Assembly (NCBI GenBank): GCA_900088475.1
Contig: FLMG01001544.1
Span: 15,450 to 79,449, forward strand
Reading direction: 5' to 3'
Length of the DNA: 64,000 bases
From: Hyphochytrium catenoides
Taxonomy: Eukaryota; Protista; Hyphochytriomycota
Positions 12,601 through 24,689 of this stretch are shown here, one piece after another. The notes below the pieces were generated by a model, which had not been told where the DNA came from, made no database searches, and saw only the letters and a list, made by a program, of their open reading frames with translations. How positions within the stretch are numbered: position 1 is the stretch's first letter; each line of letters begins with the position of its first letter. Made by a program: the position numbers and the translations under genes.

Positions 12601-13141
12601 CAAGCATCGCGTGTTAGTGGTCTTACAATAGCCCCGACCTCTCCCATTTATCCCTGGCGTGCCTCCTTCGTTCTATCCTACGACCCTCGGTTAGCTTCGG
12701 CTCGTACTTTGTCAGCTCTCTGCCCAAGGATGCCAAGTCCATGACTCGCTTCATCGCCCTCTACAATTCACTATTTATTGAAGCCGCCAAACCGGCGGTT
12801 GCTCTGTTGCTAACAGTGGGGATTAGCCCCGTAGTGCAGCGGGTAAAGGAGAGAGACCAGAAGGAAATGACAGACAAGACGTGCTCAGACCCATCCGGAA
12901 GCTTTCGGCCTTGTTCTGACATATTGAGAGCAGAACTATAGCCCCTTCATTATAGAGTTTGTGAGGCAGATGTGAAGACGAGAAAGAAAGTCTTCTCTCT
13001 CTCTGTGAGTGTCTCTCTGTGAGTGTCTCTCTGTTGTCTCTCTCTTTCCCTCTTTGATGCCAGGATGCCAGGAAGTCTCTGCAAGCATGTCTGCCAACTT
13101 CCTCCTCCTCTGAAGGCGGCACAACTTTCCTCTTCACATAG
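9638..13141 (+). CDS. F-box + short LRR-like linker + retinoblastoma pocket-B (Rb_B)-like domain protein; start codon uncertain (may extend to ~8614)
   Basis: Phase-consistent GT-AG exons: 10630-10749, 10956-11014, 11155-11234, 11336-11401, 11527-11583, 11731-11828, 12090-12203, 12362-12572, 12716-12842, 13064-13141. They give the F-box DFSHLPSDIVVAILAMLNDEDVLLRFEAVCRLFRDLSLKCPERWLRVDL and the Rb_B-like DSLVIFSLYAACKL...ELHMSDIVQVY...RSILL...FIALYNSLFIEAAK. Confidence 0.78.
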
Positions 13142-13306
13142 AGATTGGCTTAGTATTTCTAATACTAGAACCCGAATAGCAGGCCGCATAGAATAAAGAC
13201 TGTCAATATTTGAAATATATCCCATAGGCCGAAGGGATGTGTGCCAGAGATCTTGGTTCGCACGGCCCGAGGCGCACTGCCAGAGGGGCTGCTTCCTCTC
13301 GATGTG

Positions 13307-16070
13307 ATGAAGCTTGGTAAGAAGCGGCACGACAGCGGAGGGGAAGAGACAACAGGCGAAGAGACAAGGAAGGTATCTGGAGGCAGCAGAGCCGGGTGGC
13401 CTCAGGAGAGCTGGCTTGAGCACATTCCAGGGTCTATCAGCCTCAGTGAGAAGGGATATATGGGTAATAACATGGTGCTCACCTCCCCGATAGCTACGTC
13501 CGCTCAACGCCTGGGGCCACATCCTTCCTATGGGACATCCCGGCATAGCCTCCGTAATGCACGTGAGGAGGTTGCCTCGCTCATCAAGCCATCCCCTGGT
13601 TTGTCAAGTTTACAATCAAAGGATGAGAGCGATGGGCAGCGCCAACGCCGCGCCTTCATAGTATCTCTTATTGCACTGTGTGCTGTAACGATCCTTCTGT
13701 ACCTCTGTCATTCTGAAGGCTTGAAGGGAGCCAATGACATAGAAAGCCAGGTCTTGAATCTTGCGACAAAAGGCGATGGACAGAATAGTGACCAGGAGCT
13801 TGGGCGGGTCGACTTCCCAGGGAGAAAGGATCTCATTCGGCACCTACCTGGAGCCCCCGCTGGTTATCATTCAGCCCAATTCAGCGGCTTTCTACACGCC
13901 TCGGGAGGGAGGAACATCCACTACTGGCTGGCAGAGAGCCAGTCCAGGCATCCTGACGCTGACCCGGTTGTCGTCTGGCTCAATGGAGGCCCGGGAGCCA
14001 GCTCCCTAGGCGGTCTGCTCTATGAAAACGGCCCCCTTACGATTCTCGATGACGGCCAGACCTTGGTTAGGAACCCTTTTACCTGGAACAGACGGGCCAA
14101 CGTTCTCTATCTTGAGTCTCCATGCGGCGTAGGGTTCAGTTATCAAGATGATGGTGACTATGAGGATGATGACTTGAGCCAAGCTCGTCATAACTATGCG
14201 GCGCTAGTGGACTTCTATCGAAAGTTCGCTCACCTTAAAGAGAATGGGCTGTACATCACAGGAGAGAGCTACGGAGGAGTTTATGTCCCCACGCTCGCCA
14301 TGGAAATCGTGGAAAGGAATGAAGAGAGGAAGAGAGAGAAAGGCAGGGAACGGGCAGGGACAATGTGGATGAACCTGAAGGGTTTCGCCGTCGGGAACGG
14401 CATAAACGAGTTTGTCTTTAGCTCGATGTTCCCCTTCGCGTACTACCACGGCCTGATTAGCTCCAGGCAATATGAAGCCTTCAAGACCGCCTGTCCTAGC
14501 ATCAAGGTATCCTCTACTTTCTCTTCCTCTCACCTCAGCCGTAACCTTGAGCCGCCTTCTAAGCCTTAGACTCTCATCCAGTTGTCCGATCTCTCTCTTA
14601 ACCTTGGAACAGAACCTCTTAGCCGAAGCCTCACCTTCTCCCAACTGCTTGCTGTCTCTATCTGTTCTGAACTAGGAGCGAACTAAAACTCCTCATCAAA
14701 GCGATGCAAGATGTGCTCAGGTGCAGATGGAAATCTTCATCCAAGCTTACACGTCTCACATCAACATGTACGATATCTATAGAGATTGCTGGGGTGGATC
14801 CCCCTTGGCTGCGCCGGGCAATCCTCCTTCCTTTTCCTCACAGTCATCCACATCCTCTGAGACTGCTGGAACAGGAAGTAGTGGATCAAGAGAGGTACTA
14901 AGGAAGAGACTCGCTCTCACTCCTGTTCCCATCGCCATGTGCATCAATAGCACTGCAGCCCAGTACTACTTCAACACTCCAGAGGTGCGGAAGGCCATAA
15001 ATATCCCTTCAGCTGCTGGACACTGGTCTGCAGTGACAATGACAAACGTCTCCGCTATGGGACCCTTCAGAGTGCCTCATCCGCTCAATTATGCTCGGAC
15101 CCTGAACAACGAAGTGACAACCCTCTGGAGACAATTGCTGGAGAAGGGAATAAAAGGCCTGATCTATAATGGTACACAAGGACCCTGCAGATTTGCCAAT
15201 GGCGATGTGTTATACTGCTTATCAGCCGGGTTCTCGTTTCTCTCACTTGCTTGCTTTAGCTGGTCCAATCGTCTCCCTAACTAGTACTCCACTACGTTGC
15301 CCTTGCAACTCAGATGAGGTCTGCATCTTTCCTTATTCTCTTGTCAGATAGTTCACCAGAATGGCCTTAGCTTCAAAGTGTCAACATCAGGAGTCTGGTT
15401 GTTTGTTCGTAGCTTATCAGCCTTCTCTCTTCCTTGGGTTCTAGCGCGTTTCACTATCAAATACTATTGGCCTCAGCCGCTTACCCTCTTGTTCTTCATG
15501 TCGCTGCGTTGTGATTCCAGGGGACACCGACTTGATGTGCAACTTTCTAAGCGGTGAATGGGCGGTAGAAAGCCTAAACCTGACAGAGAAGGTAGCCTGG
15601 TCACCTTGGAACATCGATGGCTCCCAACAGTCTGCGGGGTTCATGAAGGAGTTTGAGGAGGGGCTGACGTTTGTCACGATTAAAGGGGCAGGCCACATGG
15701 TAAGGCCTTACCTCACCTATTGTTGCTTGACCAAGCGGTCACAGGTGCCTGGTTGTCTATGAGCGTAGAGGTATTCCGGCTCGGCTGTAATCTCTGCATG
15801 TGGCAAGCTCAGAGGAACTTGTATTGCTTCACACAGAATCTTCCCGCATCTTCCCGGCTAAATGTTAACAGTGTATTCTCTCCTCTTTGACAGGTTCCCC
15901 AATGGCGTCCAGCAGAAGCGCAGTTCATGATTGAGCGCTTTCTCCTCCGGGACCCGCCCCATCAGCCATGGACTGCCAGTGATCCGCAAGTAAAAATGCC
16001 AGGTGATGGGAGCAGGGTGGAGGCACAGAAGTTGAGAACAACAGCAAAACAGAATGCTGGCCCTCCCTAA
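13307..16070 (+). CDS. Serine carboxypeptidase, family S10, with predicted type II membrane anchor
   Basis: WLNGGPGASS, ANVLYLESPCGVGFSY, catalytic Ser GESYGG, Asp GDTDLMCN, His GAGHM|VP. Hydrophobic segment AFIVSLIALCAVTILLYLC precedes the catalytic domain. Start could be 13307 or 13460. Confidence 0.95.
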
Positions 16071-16196
16071 CCTAACAAAACCCACTATATAAATCCTACG
16101 AGCAAAGTAGTAGTGAAGGCCTTGGCTTCTCCTAGAAGAGAGAATGCTGGCGAGATGATTATGCAGTAGCAAGCCTTTGTTTGGCAACAAAGAATC

Positions 16197-17541
16197 CTAT
16201 GTCCGATATCTCAGGTCGAAGAGGCCTGAAAGCGCGCTCCCTGGCGTCTTCTCGACAGCTGGCTGGGTCGACTCTTCCAGTAAAGTCTTTCTGGTGTCTG
16301 GCAGATCATTCCCATTGACAGCCTTTCTTTTGCAAACCTTGCACGGCGTCCATCTACCTTGACCGCCTTTCCTCACTTCCCTAAGAAAGCAGTGATCGCA
16401 CACAAGCTCCTGGCAGCAGGGTAGCCGTACCGATGTCCAGAAATGATCCTCACACAATGGACAGAGGAAGGGAGGCTGAGTAGAACTAGCTGATTCTTCC
16501 CGCAGATCCACCCGACAGCCGTCTTCATTTTTATGCCTTTCCGTCTCTGTGTGCTGAAGGTCCGCTCTTGCGCAAGCAGCCGCACTAGGAGAGGCTTCTT
16601 GCCGATCTCCGTCTTCCTTATTCAGCATCTTTGCCTCGTCCAACAGTTGTGTGTAGGTTTTCCCGTGCTTATCCACCGCATTCACAGCTGCGCCTTGAGA
16701 TATCAGGAGCTCTACCACGGCGACATGTCCCTAGCGGGATACATATTGAGGGGAGAGGAGAGACGGAGAAGGATATGGGTACACTCAGTTGGCTTCCTGT
16801 ACCTTAAGCGAAACAGCGAAGGCAAGAATCCGTAGACGCTGATAGTGGGACTCACAAAACAGCTTGGGAAGGTGAAAGGCGATATTCAATCTATAAGCAG
16901 CAGTCGGACGTTGGCGAGACGAGGAGAAAGAGAATAGATAATTCAAAGTCCACAAAGACCGGCACAGACCTGTGACGCCGCCTTCAGCAACGCCGTTCTC
17001 CCATCGCCAAAAGAGAGATCAGGTAAGTTTATCAGCTCCTTGTCTCTTCTTGCTTTTACTGCTGCTGTCACCAGAAGCCGGCAACATTCTAGATGTCCAT
17101 TAAAAGCTGCCCGATGAAGCGGCGTCGCTCCACAATCGGCAGCTAGAGGGTCTGCACCTCTCTGTAACAAGTATCGTACCAATGGCACATGGTTGGCCTG
17201 TGCAGCGTAGTGGAGCGCAGTGTAACCGAAGGGATCGGTGCAATTCACACTCTTGGCTCTATCTTCTATCCAGCGCTTTAATTGCTGTAAGTCCCCGTAC
17301 TGAGCGGAAGCTGAGAGAGAGAATGCAGAGCGAGGTGAGGATGTTATTTGAACCAGCAACCAAGGGGCGAGAGCCATGAGGAGGACCATCAGAGCCCTTA
17401 GAGATCACTCGTAAGAAAGAGAATAGGCCCTTGTTTCCATAAGATTACGCTTATCAAGAGATCGAGGTTCCTCGTGCAGGGACACTCACAGAAGATGCTA
17501 AGGTTCTGGATATCGCCGCCTTCAAATAAATGACTCGCCAT
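16197..17541 (-). CDS. ANKRD39-like ankyrin-repeat protein with C-terminal RING-like zinc finger
   Basis: Exon 1 MASHLFEGGDIQNLSIF (ATG 17541) splices in phase to SSAQYGDL...GYTALHYAA...GATPLHRAAFNGHLECCRLL...GRTALLKAASQ. Last exon has CPLC...LPCC...VCDHC...CKVC. Confidence 0.85.
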
Positions 17542-18229
17542 CCACCTAGAGCGAACGCAGCAAGCTGAAGGCTGGCTTCCGGCTAAGTAATGTCCTCGTT
17601 TTGCCTGCCTCTCCTCCCCGCTGCCCCCGGTCTCTTCCAGTCCTTAACAGAGCTATAGATTGTCGGCACTGCTGCCAGTCGCTTCTACCAAGCGCCATGA
17701 TGAGCCCGCGGCCGAGACGATCCATATTGCCGCCCTTCCCAAAGCTTCTCATCTGTCAAGCATTTGGAATGATTCGTCACTTAGACGGTATTATTCCTTA
17801 ATATCGCACAATTGGGTCAGAGTTATTTCCAATAAAGCCCAGGTACGACCTGAAAGGAAGGGTTATGAAGATGAAGAGCTCTCACAAGGTTCATGAGGAT
17901 GAAGAGTAGGAGCTGCTCTCGGGCCGACAAGGAGGAGTCGATAGAGTAGATGCACCCAGACGGACTCACTTATAATGAAGGTCCTGACCTTTCCGAGAGG
18001 ATAACATAGAGGTCTCTAACAACTTTAGCTCCTCATCGGAGGCCATGGAAAGTTCTCTCTTAATGCACGAGAGAGCTAGGTTTAGTCTTCACGCTCTGTC
18101 CCTTTTACAACGAGGAGCTTGTCAATAGTGACAACTGCCTCTGGCATATAGATCTATTAATGTCGCTATCGCGTCTCTCCTACACCTCCACAGATTATGG
18201 CGAAGCCGCTGGCATTGCTCGTGCTGCTG

Positions 18230-21200
18230 CTACTCGGGACCACGTTCTCGCATTCTATGGTGCAAAAAGCTAGCCAACTCGGTCGGATACAACTTTTGCA
18301 CAATCTCTGACGCAGCCCCAATCTGGCGTGCTCGGAGACACAAGTAGACCTGAAAGAATAAGCCAAGGACCAAGTGTGAGATGTTTAGGTGGGACATCCA
18401 GAAAGCACACTAGAGAGCCCCGACTAAGAGTGTATGACGGACAGAAGCAGAGAGAGTAGACAGAGACCAATGCCATACTCGGTGTCACAGATCACGGATA
18501 GTGGTACAGTCCCTCAATCTACAGCTCCTTATATCCTACCTGCAACCGCACAGCTTCACTGAGGCTGGTGTCCTCCTGAAAGGCTAGTCTCGAATAGCGG
18601 CCAGCTTCCGAGAGATCCTTCTGCACAGCCCCGACGAAGAAGACGAGGGAGAGAGAGACATAGAGAGGAAGAGTAAGAGACAGGAGATAGGGAGACGGAG
18701 GTCAACAAAGGTTTCTGCCTCTGCATTTGTCCTAGCGTCAACTGACGGTGGACATACCTTTTCAATGCTAACGATGGCGCTGTTGACCATCACGGCTTGT
18801 CGAAGTGCTTTTCCAACATCCTGATACAGAGAGCGAAAGGTCAGTTATACTACTGGCCTAGTCCAAAGCACAAGTAAGGCATAAAGGCCCCAATGGGCTG
18901 AGTAAGCCCGAGATATGGTGTAGTCTGCAGAGACAAGAAGACCAGGGACTCTGCAACAAAGTACAAATGACGGGGACTTAGTAAAGTGACATACTGGATC
19001 TTGAACCGTAGACTCTGTAGGCAGAAACTTCGCAGCCTCCTCTGGCCGATGCAGCATACTCAGCGCCTCCGCGGCATAATTGCCAGCCACCAACCTGGCA
19101 CGACCAATTGGGAGCAAGAGTGAGTAGCCCGCTTCCTTATCGTAAGGCAAGGCTATAGAATCGGACCTATGGTGTTTGGGGCAATCCGGCAAGGCAAGAA
19201 GTCGTTGTGCCGCTTGTAAAGCTTGTAGTGGATCTCTTAGGCCGAGATTGGCATAGGCCAACAAAGACAAAGCGGCGACCTTCGTCTTCAGTTCCTAAGG
19301 AGATAATACAGTAGCCAGGTTTAATCATGGTACCAGCTCATGGTCCCAAGCTCTTCCTTCTTTTGCCAAAACTCACCGACAGGCGTAGGCGCTCCGATCT
19401 AGGTAGTTCAGCCACAGGTTCATTCCCTTCACCTCCTGCTGCTCCTGCTGACTCTGAAGGTTCTCCGTACATGCTTGGGTCAATTGGAGGCTCTTGTCTA
19501 TTTTTATCCGCAGTGCCGGAGAGAATGTCCATATGGTGGTCAGAAGAGAGAAGATGAAGACAATTCCGCAGACATATGACAGCATAGTTGAGTGAGATAT
19601 CTTCGGAAACTGTCGCTTCTGTCCTTAACGACTCTGACGTAGTAGCCGACCCATTTGGTTTGCTGTCTGTTACAAATGATTCGCTAAACGGTGCTTCCGA
19701 TCGCCTTTGCTCACAGGCAAGCAGAATTCGTCTTTGTTGACCCAGGCCAACAACGCTGCGGATGATGCAAGAGCCATTAGCCTCTATGGCCTACACCAAT
19801 GCAAGGGAGAGGTCGAGTTAGCGCTACTTCAAGGAGAAGCTGCCTAATTTGTTTCTTGTGCAAGTTGTCCTCTCCCTATTCCCTTTCTTCAAACTAATGC
19901 CCATCTCTGGCTCCGACCTGACGATAGTGTAGAACACAGCATTCCGCCAACCGAAGCCAGAACCGAGGGTTTGAGCTGAAACGGGAGGTACACTGTTTGA
20001 GGCAGCGGAAGGCCAAAAGAGGCTTCCCGAGCTTCAACAGCTGAAGCGCCGCATTATAGAGGATCTCAAAGTGATATGATGGCTGGAAGACAGACACGCG
20101 GAGGAAGGCGAGGGATAGGATGAGATAAATCCGGCACAAGACGCGATCAAGTGGGGATAACATAGCGGCTGATGGCCTCGTGGAGCCAGTTAGGCACGAC
20201 GCGGCTAGGGTAGAGGTTGTGCGGAGGAAATGCGTAACGGACATGATAAAGAGATGTCCGCGCAGCATTCCAGGGGTTACCTTCACTCTCGGCCCACCAC
20301 GGGCTTGGCGTGCAACCGCAGATGCGGCCAATGCTCTGGAAAAGTAGGTAGAAGCAATGAAGCCCTTATCACGAAGCGTGTAGATACAACCCATGTTGTT
20401 TAATAAAGCAGCCTGGTGTATCGCATAGAAACGTTGTCAGGAGCTCCGAACAAGGAAAATGCGAAGTGTGAGATAGTCAGCAGACCTCTTCAATTCCTTC
20501 TTTCTGGCAAGATGCAAGTACTCTCTCCGCCTTACTAAAATTCAATCTCCGATACTCAAGATGAGCTCGTAAAGAAAGGATCGAGATATTGGCCACTGCA
20601 TCTAACTCCCTTTCAGGAACTTCATAGCCTTCACCCTAAAGATAGACCAAATGTCAGTATATAAAGATAACGCACAAAGAGGTTTCAGACTAGAGTATTG
20701 TCCTACCAGACGTGATCGATAATCCCCCTCGTTTTGAGCAGGGAGGGGCCTCAGATCCTTGTTCAGCACATCTTGTGCCGATCGGACATCCTGAAAACAG
20801 TCCAAAGCAGAGGTCCAGTGGGATCACCATCAGCTACAATTAAGAGCGGAGGTATACACCCGAGAAAACGGGAGAACTCATAAGGAGGCAAAGGAAGAGG
20901 ACCAGAGAAGAGGAAGAAAAGGCAGGTGGCTACTTCCTCTGTAACACTAGCTGGCACTACGCAAAGCCACCTGCTTGTATAAGTTTGTGAGCGGTGAGTA
21001 CCTTCTTTGCGCCTTTGAGGTTCCCCAAATAAATCTTGACGTAGGATCGCGCGAGAAGTACTCGAAACCTCACCTAAGGAAACGACACAGAAGAGATCAA
21101 CATTTGCCACATGGATAGGCCAACTAGTAATCGGTCATACATAGGAGAGGAACTCTTTTGCCTTTTCTTTGTCCACTTGTCCTCCTCCTTCTTCCCTGCT

Positions 21201-22187
21201 CTCTCTAGCGTGCTCTCCGGTTCCATCTTCAGATCTGTTATCTCTCTGGGTTTGGCTATGCGTTGTCTGACTCTTTTTTTCCAGGGCAGCCAGTGCGCTA
21301 CAGATGGCCTCCAGTCGCAGCGTGGATTCCTATGTCGTACGGGTTCATCAGCTTGCTCGTTCATAGATAAGTCAGTGATGGAAGAGCCGCGAGAGTTGCG
21401 TCGCACTTATTCAACGGCAGAACGACGAAGGATGCAAAAGGGCCGTCAGCAGTGGAAAGCCTTACCCTCTCACTAATGGCTTCAAACAGCAGACTTGTCA
21501 TAACATCCACATAAAGAAATAGGATATTGCAAGACAGATAGTCCAGCGACTCCTTAGCAGCGTGAACTAAAGGGGCCAGCGCTGCCGCTGCCGCATAAAG
21601 CTGCCGCTGTGAAGCTAAAATAACCGCCTACAGAAGGCACAACTATAGTGACACGATGAGGACGACTTGGACTTCAGGCGGACTGACCATGTTGTACTTG
21701 ACCGTCACCAGACTTGAAGACTCGTTGCCCCTGACCGTCTCTGGGGTAGAGCTCTCATTACCTTGTGCGATCTGCAGAGCGAATTGGCTCAGCTTAGTAA
21801 CACTTCAAGTAGGCGTCATCCAACACATGTGCCTACCGCCCGCGATTCCAGTTCCTTCAACCTGCTCAGAAGCTCACTGAGACGGGCAAATCCCAGAACA
21901 CCATGCTCCGCTAGCGCCAGATTCTGATAGAAGCGATTGTCTTTCCTATCATTCTGTGCAACGTTGAGAGCTGTCACTATTTGTTGCGAGGAGCTGTCGA
22001 GTACACAATTGCCACCTACCAGCTGATCCTCAAGAGCACGCAACGCGTTGACAGCTTCAGCATATCTCCTTGACCTTCAAGGGCGTTAGTTTTATTTATA
22101 CCTGGCTTATTGGGAATTTCGTTCAGCTTACAGAAAATGATGCTCTGCTTGAGAGGCGAGTTGGGAAATGCTGCTTGAAGACGGCAT
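18230..22187 (-). CDS. CNOT10: CCR4-NOT complex subunit 10 (TPR-like), multi-exon
   Basis: EILYNAALQLLKLGKPLLAFRCLKQCTSRFSSNPRFWLRLAECC matches the CNOT10 hallmark (YN.G.QLL..G.PL.AF.CL......NPRLWLRLAECC). Also NNMGCIY, LAYANLGLRDPLQALQAAQRLL and GNYAAEAL. Start MPSSSSISQLASQAEHHF at 22187; TAG at 18232-18230. Confidence 0.9.
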
Positions 22188-22786
22188 TCTGATCCCTGCC
22201 ACCGGTTCTCTTTATCTGGACTTGCATAAGCTCGGCACACCTGTCTAAGTTCCGTACACTTGTAACCCTTCGCTTCTTAGGCGATAAGCAGAGTCTCGTC
22301 AGCGCCAAGGTCAGGTACTAAGGACGCTGCTTCCAGTGAGGTTAATGCTTTGGTCGGCTAATCTGAATCTCTGATCTCAAAGCCTCAGGGCCCAGACGAA
22401 GACATCAGCACTACACTCAGTATGGCCTGCGACCCGATGAAACCCGCATATTTTTCATCAACATGGGTATATCAGGCGCATAAAGTTAACCTCACATAGT
22501 CCACGAACTCGGGTATCCAGTCTGGTAGTCACGTGTCCCCGTTCTCTACCGCTCGGCCATACTTGGATAACTAGGGTCATGATGGTAAGCCCATCACTTG
22601 GCGAGTGTTCCAACAGCGCGAGGTGAGGCAGTTCCCAAATTCTCCGCTTGAGGCTAAGACGACGAGCGCTAGAATAGATTTTGAAAGCAGCGCCAAAGGA
22701 TTGGGAGCTCTCCTCGAACGTTCGTCTGCGTTTCTAGCACTTGTTAAGGCGTCCTTCGCAGGTGCGGGGAGCTAGGTGGGGGGAGC

Positions 22787-24689
22787 ATGATGAAGACCGA
22801 GGAGACTGTGATCGACCTCACTGATGATTCAGAAGAGAAGGCCCCTATTCGCAGACATTCTACCAAACAAACGGCTTTACGCCGCGCCCAAAGACAAGCC
22901 AGTGATGAGCCTGAGGTCGCCTATAAGGTTCAGCTCCCAACGGGTAAACGCATTGATGTCGACGTTGCCTCCAGCGCATCAATTCTGGCACTGAAAGAGA
23001 AGATCAGGCTTGCGACTGAGGTGAGAAGCCCATGTGACGATGTATCAGGTCTAAGCTAACCAACAATGTAGATCCCTGAAGACAAGATGAGACTGATCAC
23101 GGCGGGACGTGAACTGAAACCGGGTACAAAGCTCTTAAGCCAATGCGCTATCCAGCCACATCAGCTCATACAGGTCTTTTCGAGCTATAAGCCACCACAA
23201 ACGACGAGTCCAAGCGCTCAGTCAATACAACCTTCAGCCGCCTCGGCATCTGCTAGTCGGAAAGCGGTGATCGACATAGCGTCAATGGAAGGCAGCAATA
23301 ACTCTGGCACCATGGCTTCGCTGGCTCAGCCGCAGCGGGGCCGAAAACGAAAGGCTCCAGCACCAGAAGCCGCACCAGCGGCAGCCCAATCTAGCTCTAG
23401 CACTGCTGACCAGAGGCAGCTTCCCTCTACCTCTGGTGCCAAGCGTAAAAGGGCGCCAAAGGTAATCATGATACCCGAGAACTCATAACAAGGAAGCAGT
23501 GATGAGAGGTAATGTTACTCAGGAAAAGGCTGAGCCCGTGGAGAAACGGCTCAAAAAGTACCTCCCTTCCGCTAGCCAGAAAGTCCGAGAACGAATAGCT
23601 CGCGCCATAACTCAACGATTATTCCTTATATCAAGGCGAAAATTGTCAGGTGTGTCGATGGAAGTTCTTATCCTTCTATGTGCATTACCTAACTCAACAG
23701 TTGTACCATTAGACGATCAGCCAGGCTACTCTTTCTCTGTTTTGGGATCAACAGGTCAGTGAGGGTATGGCAGATTTAATATTAGTCAAGATCACTAACT
23801 CTTGTCTCTCTTGCCCGGGTCTGCAGGGAACGTCTATGAGGTTGCAATTTCCTCTTTAGTCAGCTGTACATGTCCAGATTTCTTGAAGGTGCGTTTTGCC
23901 ATATTTGTGCCTTCATATCTAGCAACTCACAGTGGTTCCATTATCACTAGGGCAATCTCTGCAAGCACATTCTCTTTGTGATGCTCAAGGTTCTCCGTTT
24001 AGACTCGTCATCACCATTGGTCTGGCAGCGCGCTTTATTGAAAACAGAGCTAGAGTCCATTTTTGCTAGCGCCCCAGATCCCACCGGAAGAGTAGACATA
24101 ATGGCAAATAGTCTTGTTCGGGAGCAGTACTCCAGGATTGAGGCTGGCTCAGGCGTGGCAAGGTTCGTGCTTTCAACGCTCTCTCAAGTGCATATTGTGC
24201 CTAGGCTAACACTGTAACAGGGACTGCAAGATGGACCAGAGGCCGATTGGAGACGACGACGATTGTCCAATCTGCTTCGACCCTCTCAAAAGCTACGGGG
24301 GGGAAGGGCTGGTTTACTGCCAGTATGGGTGTGGGCAAAGTAAGCACCGCTTCTGCTTTCCTTTTTAGGGCTTAGATTGACGGGCTGGCACCATTTCTGT
24401 CTCATATTTAGGCGTTCATCGCAAATGTTGGGATAACTGGAGAAAACAGCAGACAAGGAGTGGCGGGGAGGTCTCCTGCATCTACTGCCGAGCAGCATGG
24501 GAACCGCGAAGGGCACTACCAGGAGACCCAGATTCGGCCTACGTCAACATGGGAGTATTGCAAGGGCAACCCACTGAGAGGGAACCATATCAACAGCCTT
24601 ACAGACGTCGACGGAACTACCGCTCAAGCTGGTCTCGAGACTATGATGACGATTATGACGAGGGAGATGACGAAGACTGGGCCTACTGA
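22787..24689 (+). CDS. SIM + ubiquitin-like domain + SWIM zinc finger + RING finger protein (putative E3 ligase)
   Basis: VIDLTDDSEE; Ubl YKVQLPTGKRIDVDV...LKEKI...IPEDKMRLITAGREL; SWIM FSVLGSTGNVYEV...SCTCPDF...LCKHILFVMLKVL; RING DCPICFD...YCQYGCGQSVHRKCW...SCIYCRAAW; TGA at 24687-24689. Confidence 0.88.

Noticed and set aside
12950-13546. 198-aa minus-strand ORF and other long antisense ORFs (e.g. 14204-14644, 44691-45179)
   Set aside because: Shadow frames opposite well-supported genes, with no domain signal
9638-24689. Three ubiquitin-system genes (F-box, ANK-RING, Ubl-SWIM-RING) within 15 kb as a functional cluster
   Set aside because: They are interleaved with unrelated housekeeping genes and such domains are abundant in eukaryotes; there is no evidence of co-regulation
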